From NCBI RefSeq assembly GCF_009914755.1, contig NC_060934.1: a DNA stretch of 64,000 bases; one strand, 5' to 3'. Shown here piece by piece: positions 1 through 13,852 of the stretch. A program made the translations under genes and the position numbers. The notes beneath the pieces were generated by a model, which was given only the letters and a program-made list of their open reading frames with translations, ran no database searches and was not told the DNA's origin. The DNA comes from the human T2T-CHM13v2.0 reference genome, Homo sapiens. Each line of letters begins with the position of its first letter. The first letter of the stretch is position 1.

Positions 1-560
1 CTCAAAGGACAGCTAAGTTATACCACCAAGGTGTGCCTTTTATGAGACTTTTCCTAAATGCTCCAAGTGTTTGATAAGGTTTCTTTATTTGGTCAGAACT
101 CAAATGTCTCTCAACCATACCAAGCTTTAGTATTTATTCAGCTTACAGTTCCCTGGTAGTTACTCCCTGTCTGGTGATTGTTCTTTGCCTGGCTTAATGG
201 AGTCTTTACACATTTATAGCATAGTCTTCAGTCAAAGACTCAGGGGATCTTCATGACAATATCTGGACCTCCTCCTCTGCATAGCCTCTTCCTCTTTAGT
301 TTTCTGCCCCACAAGTTCCAGCAGCCTCAGCCTTCCCAAACTTACATCTCTGTCTTTTCAGCTCACAGAGACTGCACGATGTGCTTGGGTTCTTGTGAAC
401 AATCGCCATGTCTGCTAAATGCTTCTAGGCAGAAATCTGCAGAATTGTAGGGCACATCTCCTTTGTTTTCTTTTTCTTAGTCACTACACTACTATGATGC
501 CTGTTGTTCAGTGTCTGAAAACATTCGTTTTACGTATTTGTCCATACTTTTCCCCCATTT
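1..560 (-). mobile_element. Ancient L1 (L1ME/L1M4-type 5' region) fragment
   Basis: Resembles recalled old L1M 5' consensus (aaagactcagggga..., tgcctgttgttcagtgtctgaaaac); highly diverged. Confidence 0.55.
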
Positions 561-567
561 TAGATGA

Positions 568-1009
568 TGTGGTAGGCAGAATATGGTCCCTTAAAGATGT
601 TCACTCTGGAACTAGTGAATATGTTATGATATGTAGCGAAGGCAAGTTAAGATTGCAGATAAAATTAAGACTGCTAGTAAATTGACTTTAAAAGAGAGAG
701 GTTATTTTGGATTATAATTGAAAAGGCTCCTAAAAGTGGAGGAGGAAGACAGAAGAGAGAGAAGCAGAAGGATGGCAGTGTGAGAAGGATTTGGCCCAAC
801 CTTGCTGGCTTTGAAGTTAGAAGAAAGAAAACATGAGCCAAGGGAAGCAGAAGCTGGAACAGGCAAAGAAATGGATTCTCCTGCAGCTTCCAGAAGGAAC
901 ACAGCCTGCTGACACCTTGATTTCAGCCCACTGAGACTCATTTTGACTTCTCACCTCCAGATCAGATAATAAATGTATATTATGTGCAGCAGGAATAGGA
1001 AACTAATAC
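568..1009 (+). mobile_element. MLT1D-like MaLR solo LTR
   Basis: Starts tgtggtaggcagaat, ends ggaaactaataca; internal gaaggaacacagcctgctgacaccttgatttcagccca. Confidence 0.85.
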
Positions 1010-1094
1010 AAGTGGGAGAGCTGTTCTGGTACTATCACTCTATCATGACTGAGAGGAGACATTTACTATTTTTATTTTTGTTTGTTTGTCTTTA

Positions 1095-1210
1095 AGAAAA
1101 AGATACTTGAGACCCACTACAGATATTTCGATTTGGTCAGAACAGGGGCATTAAGATTTTTTAAAATTTTCTTATTGTTCTAATGTGCACTCAAGGTTGA
1201 AAACCACTGA
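1095..1210. mobile_element. MER5-like hAT-Charlie MITE fragment
   Basis: Ends ttctaatgtgcactcaaggttgaaaaccactg, typical MER5 terminus. Confidence 0.6.
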
Positions 1211-2269
1211 CCCAGTCCAACCCTGTCAATTTACAGCTGAGGCCACTGAAGTGAAGAAGAGTTAGAGGCAAATGCGAGTGAAATTTCAGTCTGTTGCAAA
1301 AGACTCTGCCTAGAGGAAGGAGGGTAGGATATATGTTCTCCTAGGAGGCTGTCTTTTGGCATCCAGGCATTTACAATTGTGGCAGGAGGTCCGCAATGAA
1401 CTTGGATGAGGGGTGTATGTCCTCAAAAATACAGGAGCAAAGACCAACCTATTAGCTATGCAAAACTGTGGATTTCTGCAGCCCTAAAATCAGTTCTATC
1501 AGCCTTATTACCACAGAAGTGCCCACCTATAGACCTGGTGTGAGTCATTGGTTGGTTTTGATCAAGTTGATGAGAATTCTGCTACTTAACAGACTTCAGC
1601 ACTCTGGAGAACCACAGGGTGCATTCTGCCAATGCTCATATCAATTCCTTCTTCAGGTTTACATGGCAAGGGTGGCTCTCAGATCTCAATCATTCCATGC
1701 ATTTAAAAAAACAGTATTTTCACCGAGCCAGCAGGTGCCAAACATTGCCTAGATTTTGGTGTTCAGTAGTGTTCTGCGATTTATTGATTCATGTTCAAAA
1801 TTTAAGAGATTCTAAGATTCATTCCTTCATGAGCTCATTTGGTAAAAGTGTTTCTCCTTTCTTCTTCCCACCACTTTTCCATCCCTTCCCTTTCTTTCCC
1901 TTCTGTTTTCTCCCTTTGTAAAGTTAACCTTAGATTGGTCACATCTGGGCAGGTAGGTGCCTCCGCCAGTGGAGCACATTCAAGTTAATAAGGAGTTGGA
2001 TCATTCCAGGACACCTTGACTGGAATATTTTGCTAATCCCACAATGTCTCTATATGGTTCTTAGCTGCTACCCAGCTTAGGATTTTAGGCTGATAACATC
2101 TTACACCTTTCTGTAGATGGTCAGATATTGCCTCTCTGCTTCTCTTTCCACAGTGTGTTCTGAGCTTTTCTTGGACCTCAACTTGCTGTTTAGTTTAGGA
2201 AATCTTAGCCAGCAAGCTGGCACTTTGTAGGTGGCTGGGGAAAGATGCAGAAGGCGAAGACAAAAGAGA

Positions 2270-2480
2270 TGGTTAACACTTATGGAGTGTGTAAAACTGA
2301 CCTGAGTGCTTGACCCTCAGAGCCAGGCTATAGACGGGTATTAAATATTACCTTTATTTTATATGAGAGGAGACCCAGGCACAGAGAGATTAAGTAACTT
2401 TTGTAGGAACACATAATAAATAAGTAGAAGATCTGGGATTTGTGCCCAAGCAGTCTAGAGTCTTACGTTTACTCTACTGT
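2270..2480 (-). mobile_element. MIR SINE
   Basis: Core ...gaggagacccaggcacagagagattaagtaactt...gggatttgtgcccaagcagtct. Confidence 0.75.
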
Positions 2481-2629
2481 TAAAGGATCAGCCCTGCATT
2501 TGGATTAAGGTATGTAGCATCTCAAAGCCATGCTCCAAAGGACCAAAAGGCATTGCCTTTGCTGCTGGCCATATGCATGAGACCTCCTCCATAAGCTACC
2601 ACAATTGAGTAAAAACATCAGTTGTCATA

Positions 2630-2810
2630 GTCTCTGCATTCAGACAGAGTCTGAATTTAGAGCCTCTATGTTCTAGTGTGTGCCCCTGGCTATCAGTTTT
2701 CTCATCTATAAAATGGGGCTAATAATACCTCTTTCAGAGAGCCATTATGAGGATTCAAATGAAATTGTGTATGTAAAGTGCCTGGCCCGGAGGGCCCACC
2801 ACTTATTCAA
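2630..2810 (+). mobile_element. MIR SINE
   Basis: cagttttctcatctataaaatggggctaataatacc...tgtaaagtgcctggc. Confidence 0.75.
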
Positions 2811-2889
2811 GGGTGGACCTAGGGGAAGAAACGCTGCAAACTATTGATTGGCATCAGTGAAGAGCCCTAGAAAATGGAATGAAACAGTT

Positions 2890-3800
2890 TTATTTTTTAC
2901 TTTTTATTTGAAATTAAAAAGTTACAAATATAGCACAGAGGGTTTCTGTACACCTTCACCTAGCTTTCCCTAATGTTAGCATCTTGTATAATTTATCAAA
3001 ATCATTACATTAACAACATTGGGCAATACTGTTACTAAAATACAGACTTGATTCAGAGTTCACCAGTTTTTCTCTTAATATCCTTCCACTATTCCAGGAT
3101 CCAATCCAGGCTCTCACGTTTCATTTAGCTGTCATTCTCCTTAATCCCCTCCAATCTGTGATGGTTCCTCAGAGCATCCTTGCCGTCCATGACCTTGACA
3201 TTTGAAAGGGTACTGATGGGTGATTTTGTAGAATGCCCCTCAGTCTGATTGTCCCCCCATGATGAAATTGATGTTATGCATTTTTTGGCAAGAATACTAT
3301 ATACATGAAATGTCTTCTCTGTGCATCCTATCGGGGCGTGTGGTGATGTTGCTACGTCTTATTACTGGTGATGTTAACTTGGTCACTTGATTAAGGTGGC
3401 ACCTACTGGGTTTCTCCACTGCAGATTACTGTATTTTCTTTCCCCTTTATAATTAGTAAATCTCTTGGGGGAGATACTTTGAGACAATTCGAACATGCTG
3501 CTTCTCCTCAAACTTTCACCCATTAATTTTAGCATACATCAGTGCGTCTTGTCTGCAATAATTATTACTGTGGTGTTCTAATGGTGTTTTTTTATTTCCC
3601 TTGTTCATGTCACATTTATTAATTGGAACTCTTCTGTAAGGAAGAGCTGCCTTCATTTATTTATTTATTCAGGTACTTATTTATAACCATGTGGACTCCT
3701 GGATTTTTATTTTATTCTAGGAGTTATAATTTGATACTCTCATGATGTATTTTGTTGCTCAAATTGTTCCAGCCTTGGGCCTTGGGGACTCTCTTAGTTG
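2890..3800 (-). mobile_element. L1MC4/5-like LINE-1 3' end fragment
   Basis: ttccaggatccaatccagg...catttagctgtca and gggggagatactttgagac motifs of L1MC 3' UTR. Confidence 0.75.
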
Positions 3801-5784
3801 TTTCCTCTGTCCTTTTGGCGTGTGGGGGCAGCATTTACCAGATCAGCCAAGGCCCAGAGCCCAGGGCACACAGTGGAGGTCTGGGCAGCTGGAGTTTGCT
3901 TTAAGGCTGTGAGAGCTGGGAAGTGAGAGTGGAATCAGAAAAGATGGTGGTGCTCCACACCCCTTCTCCATGTAGAATCTGCCTCTGTAAGACCCACTCA
4001 ACTGTGACATTTCACCGGACCAATCTTATTTCCCTGACTCATTCTACAGCTGAGGAAATTAAGGCCCCAGGAAGAGAAGGGCCTTGCTGGAGGCCACAGA
4101 GCAAGTTGGGTGGAAGGAGAGATTGGGGAGCAGCATGGGCTGGGGCTTTGTCCTTGCCATCCCAGGCTGACACCCCTTCCCCCACACAGTGCCTGACTGC
4201 AGAGTAGCCTGTTCCAGAATCTGGGCCGCCAAGGGCCGAGGAAAGTTTGTTCCATCAGCAGAAGCCCAGGAAATGGGAGGCTCCTGGTGCAAAGTTTCTT
4301 CAGGAAGCCCTGGGGCTGTTGGCTCTGCTCCTTCTCCTTTTTGCCCAGCTGAAAGGGAGGGGGTATTCTGTTCCAAATCTCCAGCTCCAGCTCAGTGGGG
4401 GCCTCTAATCCCCTTCTGGCTCAGGGACACGGTCAGCCAGGTCTGGTGGAGGTGCTCCCAGAGAGCAGATTTCTGCAGGCCTGGGAACAGGGTGCCATGA
4501 GGCCCCAGGCCTATCCATACAAGGGCTGGGAATGTTAGCAGCAGAGTGCAGAAAACAAGCACAGGGTTAGAGCTGACAATAAGTTCTGTGAGAGTCAGGG
4601 GCTATGTTAACAGAGATCCAGTGTGCAGAACGAGGAAGGTGACAAGCCGATACAATATACAGGACCAGCCTGCAGTAAATTCTCCAACATCTGAGCTCTT
4701 CCAGTCCTGACTATCTGCACAAATACTAGGCTCCAGGCTGTATGGAGACATATCACACCCATGGAAAATAGAAAAATCTCCCTGAAATCCTGGAAGCACA
4801 TACGGAAAGCATTGGTTGTGAGGTCTGCTCAACACTTTCTTACCTACAGGGAGCTTTCCTTTCTAACACACATTTAATCCTCACTGTCTCCATAAGGCAG
4901 GCAGGACAGGGGTTAGGATCACCATTTTACAGATGCCGCAGCTAAAGCCTGAAAGAGGAAGGGGTGTGGCCTTCTCCAGGGAGTGCAGTGATTCCAGAAA
5001 GAACCAGACCTTGCAGTCTTATGTTCTGGGCTTTCCCACAACAGTAGCCTGTCTTTGGGGCTGGTTCTCCGATATCTGACATAACCAACAGCCACGGGTG
5101 AGCAGTCCCTGGGTTCCGTAGGGGCTTTGGAAAGTCCTCTGAGCATTACTAGTGCTTCTGCAGGGGGGACTGTGAGCATGGGTGGATCGGGACAGAGCAG
5201 AGGCCCCCCACAAGAGCCATCAGCGCTGACCAGCTGAAGGACTGAGCAGAGTGTGTGTGTGCAGGTGTGTGTGTGCACATGACCGAGGGGGTGGCATGTG
5301 CTTGGCAGGGTCTGCAGAGAGGCTGTTGGCCAGGTCTTCACTCTCATCTGGCTTTGGCTTCATACTTCCTTCCCTGGCAGGACTGGGGAGGCCAAAGCGC
5401 ACAGATGGCCATCTGGCTGGCACTTTAGGACACGGTCCAGTGCACACTTGCAGACTTCTCCTCCCCCACTCCTTCTCTGCTTCGGTGGCTCTATCAGCTC
5501 TGCAAAGGAGAGACAGGGCCAGGTCAGAGATGCACCGTGGAGTGGTCTGCAGGGGGCTCAGGGCACAGCACTTCTGGCTTCAGAATTTTAAAAGTTCAGT
5601 GCTGGGGAGGATGAGGACAGTTCCTCCCAAGCATCACTGCAGCAACTCTGTGTCTTCCAGAGTTTTGGGGGTGGAGGATACAAGAAGGGGAGGGAGGTAA
5701 GAGGTTCTGGGGCAAGAGGTGAGAGCTGGGGATGGGAACTAGCTCTGGTCCCAGCTCACATGCCTACATACTCCGTACCCCGGC

Positions 5785-5967
5785 CAGATAGCCAGATTTT
5801 GCAACAATGAGTGGACATCCCAGTTAAATTTTCATTTCAGATAAACCATGAAAATTGTTTAAGATACGCATGTCTCATTGCAATATTAGGACATGCTAAA
5901 AAATTATTGGCTCTTTAACTGCAATGCAGACTTACCTGGGCACCCTGTATTTTATCTAGCAATCTTG
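5785..5967. mobile_element. MER53 palindromic hAT MITE
   Basis: gccagattt...cccagttaaattttcatttcagataaac...ctgggcaccctgtattttatctagcaatc; quasi-palindromic. Confidence 0.8.
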
Positions 5968-8900
5968 TGCCCTGGGTGTGTGGGATGGTGGACCCTCTGT
6001 GGGCCTTTGTTGCCTGCCAGCATCACGAAGATGATGGGTAGGGCCAGGGACAGTGGAGGACCCACCTTGTCCGTGGGGATGGATTCTTCCTGTTTCATAC
6101 CAGGCCCATTGTCCAGTGATGGGCAGGGCAGGCACCTCGAGAGTCCATGGAGACGTGTCGGGGAATCAGTGAGTCAGACCTGCTCTCACAGAACCCCCAG
6201 TTTCCTCTCCCCCTCACGGAATGGGTCAGCCTGAGTGAACTGCTGGCACTGTTGCACGAGAGGACCAGCTCAGGGGCTGTCCTGGGTCACGAGGGTGCCC
6301 TTTCAAAGGGTCCTGCACTGTCTGCCTATTTCAGGACTTCTCCTGCTTGTCATCTAACCCTGTTCTTGACAACTGCAGAAGGAGGCCAGAGAGGGGAATA
6401 GGATTGCTAAGGCCACACAACACGTAGTGATGAAGCCAGAAGCAGCCCTCCACCCACCCAACTCCCTGCCCTGTGTCCTTTGGGAAAATACCTGCCTGGC
6501 CCTGCACAGTGTTCCCTGAGCAGAGGAGGGTTATCCTTGGGACCATGGGGGTTCTGCCCAATGAAGCCTAATAGAGCTTAGAGGGGGTTGCCCAAAATGT
6601 GTTACATTTCTTGCAGCCAATCTGGCCTTGCTAACCGCTTAAGCACAAACAATTCCATATGTCCAACGGGCTGATTAGCCACAGAGAGATGGGAAGGGGC
6701 CGGTCACAAATAAGGATCTATATTAACGAAAGATCCAGTGATAGAGGTCCAGCTGAAGAAAATTAAAAAGATTGTGTTTTCAAACACTGCCCCCCAACAG
6801 AGGAATTTTTCTAGCTACAAGTGAGTGCCTTACAAATTTCAGACACTAATGTATTGACAAAAACAAACAAACAAAAGTTGAAATGCAGGAAACCTCCTGG
6901 GCCCGATAGAAATCTCAATGAGGTCCTATCTGCTTGGGTTTGTTAAAAAAATGCAACTAACAATAATATCTGACACAAAATTCTTCCATGGTCTGGACGC
7001 CTCTCATCCATTGTTCTCTGGAAAAATGTCTCTTTAAGCATCTGCACGTTGGCGGTCGTTAGGGGGAAAGAGCTCAGCAGAGTTTTGTTTATTTATTTAT
7101 GTCCTTTTGCTGTATTCTGATAAAGCACAGGCAGGCAGGCGGCACAGCATCTGGCTTCTTGGAAAAATGGCTGCATGGAGGATTGGGGGCCCTGGCTCCA
7201 GACACAGGGGCATGAGTGGGGGTCTCAGAGCACACAGTGATTCCATCCTCTCCAGCAACTGGTGCTGCAGTGAAATCTCCCAGGGGTCCCAGCTTCCCCT
7301 GCGGACATTCCCCAGTCCTTCTCGGGGCACCCCCTGCTCTCTCCTTAGTTCTGAGGACGAGGCAGCCTGGCTAGTGGAAAGCCATGAGTTTTGGAGTCTG
7401 GCAGACTAGGGCTTAAGTGCTGCTTTCACTCCTGATTAGCTGGGGGAGGCAGAGTGAGGAGCCACATACCTCCTGGCCTCCCTGGGAAACGAGTTGATCC
7501 TTCCTGCCTCGCATAGCCATCAAAGGGTTCACTAGCACAGGGGACAGGCACTGACGACTGTCACCTCATTTGCCCAGTGGGATGAAGCCTTCCTCCCCTG
7601 ACCCAGCATGGATTCAGCCTAAAGATGGTCTCTAGGTTGCACCAGGGAAGCTCCTGCAGGCACGGACAGTGCCTCTCTCCCTCCAGACAGACCCTGTATT
7701 AGGAACCCGAGTGAGAACATAAAATTTACTTGCTGAGTGTCTTCCAATGGCCCAGGAAAGGCTCTAAAGATCGGGGTGTTTCATTCCAGGGAACTGCCTG
7801 GGACATAAATGTGAATTACTGCAGTTCTGCAGCGTCCAACAATAGCACCGGTGTCCACAATAGAAACTTCAGCCATGGCGGCTTTGCACACTGTGGCTAC
7901 TTTGCTAAAGACCTCATGTAAATCAGCATGCCCCCCAGCTGCCACAGAAAACCCCAAGTTCACTTCCCCCAACTCCACACTGCTCAGATGCCGGAAAGTT
8001 CTTCCTTCTGTGGAACAGATCATCTGTCTCCTTTAGCTTCTGCACATTTACCTTGCTTTTGCCCCACAGAGACTCCCAGGCCAATCTGGCCTCCTGCTTG
8101 GGGACAAGTCACCCAGGGGATTAAAGACAGATCTCAGGCCCCACGGACCAGTCCTGCCCTCAGTCTGCATCCCTGCTCCCTCTGTGGTCTTCGTTGGAGG
8201 GTCTCTGCCTGCCTCCTGCCCTCCCCTTGCCTATCTCTGGTCTCTCTCCTCCAGGACTCAGCTCCATGACAACAGGCCTCTTTCCTTGGCAGGAAACCCG
8301 TGCTGAAGCCTGGCCATGTCCAAGAGTGCCAATCCAAGAGCAAAAACACAATCCATTTCATTTCTGTAACCCCAGCTTCCTGATTCCCAGACTATGGTGG
8401 AGCTGATGTATTCTTAAGTAGGAAGACACATTTATTTCCTCTTTAATCAAACCAGGAAATTACCTGGAAGATTCAGAGAGTTTGAATCACTTGTGTAAGG
8501 TCACACAGCAACTCAGTAGTCCGGCCATCTTGGGAAACCAAGACTCTGACCTCCTGGACTGGGTTCCTTCCTCGAGAACCTCTGTGGTAACCAGTTTGGC
8601 TCTTCAGGCTGGGGAGGACCTGTAGCTGACAGCAATCGACGAGATTCAGTGCTATGTCTATTGTAAGTGTCTGTGTTGAGAAAACGGAAACCACAGAAAA
8701 ACCATCAGACCTTCCCAGGGCTACAGACACACTGGGCTTCTGTCCACCTGCTCAGAGTCCAACATGGATCTGGAAATCAGCTCACCTGAAGGCCCTGCAG
8801 CCCAGTGCAATGTGTCTAAGAGCAGGAGAAGGAGAGGAAAAGCATGCACAGCTCTCCTGGCTCCCCCACCCCCAGAGGAAGTCCAAATCATTCAGAAAAG

Positions 8901-9082
8901 CAGATACCAGAATATTCTGAATTTCCAGTAAGGTTTCCCTTCCCAGGAAACGTGTGGTCTGGGGAAGGACAGAGACACCTATGGGTGGGGCCGCGAGCCC
9001 CTCCGGCTTCACAGGAGGAACATTTCCTGAGCACCATGGCCCCTTTCATTTGTAGCCTGCCACCCCCAGTGGAAGTGCATTA

Positions 9083-9085
<3 letters not shown>

Positions 9086-9118
<33 letters not shown>
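9086..9118. repeat. (CA)n microsatellite, ~16 units
   Basis: Perfect AC run seen directly. Confidence 0.97.
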
Positions 9119-9120
<2 letters not shown>

Positions 9121-9764
9121 GCTTCAGAGGTCTGCCTTTGCCAGGAACTCTAGAAATAACTCGCTGAGAAACATCTCCATCTCATACTCACCACCTACAG
9201 AGAAAACGGTCCAATACGCTGGCAGCTTGGCATGGGGAGAGGCTCAGAGAGGGGAATGCAGGAGTGAGGCTGTGTGGGGGGTTGGTGGGGGCCCCACGGC
9301 TCACAGGCCATAGCTGTCAGGGCCCTCTGCACATCTGGGCTCAAACACCGGCCCTGCCACCTGCTGGCAGTGTGACTTTAGGAGAGGTGAGCACCCTCTG
9401 GGCTTTGGGGACCTCATCTGTAAATGGGGCTGATCACGTATGACCTTGTCCACAGAAAAGTTACAGCATGCCGGGTAGGAACAAAGTGCAGCTGGTTCTG
9501 GAGTCCAGGCAGGATAAGGGAAGGTCCCTGGATGAGAAAGGACAATGCAGGATCAGAGGGGCCAGTGGTGGCAGGTTCCTCTCATTTCCTCCTACTGTGA
9601 ATGCATTGTATTCTCTGGGACTTTTGGTCTGTTATCAGGAGAGAAGGACAAATGATGTGTTAAGTCTAGCTAGCACCCCTATTGTGAAGATAGGGAAACT
9701 GAGGCCCACAGAATGTGGGTGTCTTCCTGAAGTCACAGAAAGGGAAGCTGCTGAGCTAGGCTCT

Positions 9765-9802
9765 TGCCACCCATGCTGGACTGCTGCCACCCATGCTGGA
9801 CT
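9765..9802 (+). repeat. 20-bp-period tandem duplication
   Basis: tgccacccatgctggact at 9765 and 9785. Confidence 0.9.
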
Positions 9803-10079
9803 CTGCATGTCCTAGCAAACCCCTTGGGGAGCTGTGCACCTCTGAGGGCATGAAGCCTGGGCACGTCTGCAGGAATCCAGAATGTGTTGCCACCCGGGCC
9901 TGTCTTCTGCATTTCCCTACAAAAGTGACCAGCACTGAAGTCAAATGGACAGCTAGAGAGGGGAAAGGGACCCAGCTCTGTCCCTTTCCAGGTTGTGGCA
10001 TGGTGCATGGGGCTTGACTCTGTGGGCATCATCTGCCTATCTGTGAAATGAGGACATGACTCTTACCTCCTAGGACCAC

Positions 10080-10480
10080 TGGTGAGCATTAGTCATTCAT
10101 CAAACAACTACTGATGGGTATTGATTGCCTAAGTTCCAGCCACTATTCCTGGAACTGGACAACATCAGAGAGCTAGGCAGGGGCTCTGTGCACACGCTTC
10201 TCCCTCTCTAGCGAGGCAGGCAGCCATGTGACAAGCAAAAGAGAAACACGCAGGATCATTTCACATTGAGATAATAATAAACAGTGCAGTGTGAGGGCAA
10301 GTGAATGGTGTGCGTTGGGCTGGGAGCTGTTTGAGGATGAGAGGGAGGCAGGGGGCGACAGCACCTGCCAGGTTGTAGAAACCACAAGTGCCAAGATCTT
10401 GAGTGTGGTGGGAGTGGGGAGGGGATGCCACGGGGAAGTAGCAGGGCCTGCTGTGAGGCTGAGCCGGGCACACCAGTGCT
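10080..10480. mobile_element. L2 LINE 3' fragment
   Basis: cattcatcaaacaactactga...tgcctaagttccagccactattcctggaactgg, typical L2 3' end. Confidence 0.55.
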
Positions 10481-10894
10481 GGATGCTCCATCACGTTCGG
10501 GCTGGATGCCATGCAGGAGTCTGGGGGCAGCCTTCACAGATGCCCCACACTTTGTGGGCCCAGGCAGGAATCTGGGCAGCACAGGCTGATGTGTGGGCTC
10601 TCTCGGGGCACAGGTGCCTGACCCAGGCCTGGTGGGAAGGTGGACGTCGATGTCACAGAGTGTCTGGAAGGTTTCCATCTGCCTCTGGTGGGCTGACAGC
10701 AGACAGGGTGAAGCCAAAGGACAGGGAATGTAAATTGCTGAAATCACCTACCCCTGGAGCCTTCCCAGATAACATAGGCATTCTGAGGAGAGGTTGTGGT
10801 AGAGACACAGAACAGGAAGAGAGAAACCTACAGAGCAGACTGCTTGTTTGGATCCACAGTTCCAGGTGTGCTCTGCAGATCACCAGTTCCCTAG

Positions 10895-11610
10895 TCTATT
10901 AGTCCGTTCTCGAATTGTTATGAAGAAATGCCCAAGACTGGGTAATTTATAAAGGAAAGAGGTTCTTATTTTATTTTATTTTTGAGATGGAGTCTTGCTC
11001 TGTCGCCCAGGCTGGAGTGCAATGAAGTGATTTTGGCTCACTGCAACCTTCACCTCCTAGGTTCAAGCGATTGTCCTGCCTCAGCCTCCTGAATAGCTGG
11101 GATTACAGGTGCAACCATGCCCAGCTAATTTTTGTATTTTTTTTTCTTTTTTTTTTTTTTTTAGCAGAGACGGGTTTTTGCCATGTTGGCCAGGCTGGCT
11201 CGAACTCCTGACCTCAGGTGACCCACCTGCCTCGGCCTCCCAATGTACTGGGATTACAGGCGTGAGCCACCGTGCCTGGCCAGAAAATAGGTTTAATTGG
11301 CTCTTGGTTCTGCAGGCTGTACAGGGAGCAGACTGGCTTCTTTTTCCGGGGAGGCCTCAGGAAACTTCCAATTACGGTAGAAGACAAAGGGGGTGCTGGC
11401 ACTTCACCTGGCTAGAGCAGGAGGAAGAGAGGGGGAGGTGCCACACACTTTTAAACAGCGAGATCTTGTGAGAACTCACGATCACAACACAGTACCAAGG
11501 GGAAAATCTGCCCCCGTGATCCATCCACCTCTCCCTAGGCCCCACCTTCAGCAGTGGGGATTACAATTCAACATGAGATATGCATGGGGACACAGATCCA
11601 AACCATATCA
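10895..11610 (-). mobile_element. MSTA/MSTB-like MaLR LTR interrupted by an Alu
   Basis: tattagtccgttc...aagactgggtaatttataaaggaaagaggtt[Alu]...ggggacacagatccaaaccatatca. Confidence 0.88.
10966..11281 (-). mobile_element. AluS (Sx/Sz-like)
   Basis: Full dimer in reverse; cctgacctcaggtgaccc; expanded middle T-run; diverged TSD (gaaagaggtt/gaaaataggtt). Confidence 0.97.
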
Positions 11611-12039
11611 CTGAGTTTAGTGGCATTCCTAATGCATTCCCCTCCTTTCTTTATAAGAGTTTATTCAGGTATACACTCTTCATGGGCTTCAGGTGAGGCA
11701 GGCCCCAGTCCCAGTTCCTGCCCCAAGACTGATCAAGGAGGAACCATGATCAGTTTCAGCTAGAAGTTCTCCAATTTCCTATGTTTATGGGGCCCTTAGT
11801 CTCAGCAATTTTTCTCACTGTGCCCCTAAGCTAAAAGAAATATCTAACCCTTCTGCTGGGTTAGGCCCAGACAGCTTAGTAAGTATTTAGGCCCTAACAA
11901 CTTAGCCAATCGCAACTAGCTAATTGTAAAGACACTATACGTGAACTGAAAGAAAAAAGGTATACTTTTAATTAATATATTCTTTTTTTAATTTTAGAAA
12001 CTTGTTAAAAAACTTTTTTGTAGGCAAGTGGAACTTAAT

Positions 12040-12250
12040 TTGGTAAAAAAATATATGTTTTTATGGTATATAACATGATATTTTGATATATGTGTACATT
12101 GTGGAGTTGCTGAGTCAAGTTAAATAACACATTCATTATTCATATACTTATTTTCTTGTGGTGAGAACACTTAAATATACTCTTAGAAACTTTCGAGTAT
12201 ATAATACGTTGTTATGAACTACGTCACCATGTTGTACAACAGATCTAGTT
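12040..12250 (-). mobile_element. L1MA 3' terminal fragment
   Basis: tgtggtgagaacacttaaatatactcttag...gtcaccatgttgtacaacagatct. Confidence 0.75.
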
Positions 12251-12492
12251 TATTCTACTATAATCACTTACTAGTGGAATGGATGCACCTGTTGGGCACT
12301 GCACAACTTCTCACACTGTGTGTTTGGATTGGACACCAGCACCCCCATTTCACATTCCACACTGATTTTCATTCCATACTTGTTTTATTTCAGCAATCAC
12401 TAAAACTTCTCAAAGATACGATATCATCAAATGTCTGTAGCATGATTAATGTTGAAACCATGAATAAACTGAGCTAAAAAGTAGTTCAAGTG

Positions 12493-12852
<360 letters not shown>

Positions 12853-12939
12853 TTAAAATATCCCCTGGCACCCCTGAATTTGGTGTGGCAATCTGGGGTG
12901 CCTCATCCCTTAGTTTGGGATAGAGTGGACTTGAAGCCG

Positions 12940-13333
12940 TAAATCATCTGTTTAGGTAAGAGACTGTGATGCAATTCCGGCTGATGAAATGTGGAGAGAA
13001 GTCTTTTGAGAGATTCCTAGAAAAGGGTCTCCTCACCCTATCAAAGCTGTCTGGGAGGATGCCTTCTGCTGGGGGCTGTTGCAGAGTCTGCGTAGGAACC
13101 TGGACCCGCAGCTGCCCTCTTGGACCCAGAGGACCACTGTCCCCAGGAGAAGACACTGGATGGTGAAGGGGATGGAGGGGCTGTGGCTTTGGTGGCATTG
13201 TTTGGCTGCTGAAGCCTGGAAATACCCATCTCTGGACTTGCTATTTTGTAAGCTAATGCTGTCCTGGAAAATGTAGCCTATTTAGAGCTGGATTTCCTGC
13301 TCACTAGCAGCAAAAAGGACCCTTCCTGATACA
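12940..13333 (+). mobile_element. Old ERVL/MaLR LTR (LTR33/MLT1J-like)
   Basis: gcagctgccctcttg..., cccatctctggacttg, ends cttcctgataca. Confidence 0.5.
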
Positions 13334-13339
13334 CTGCAA

Positions 13340-13852
<513 letters not shown>

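Noticed and set aside
10291-10902. Longest ORF (203 aa)
   Set aside because: GTG start, overlaps an L2-like remnant, no recognisable domain; within chance expectation for GC-rich DNA
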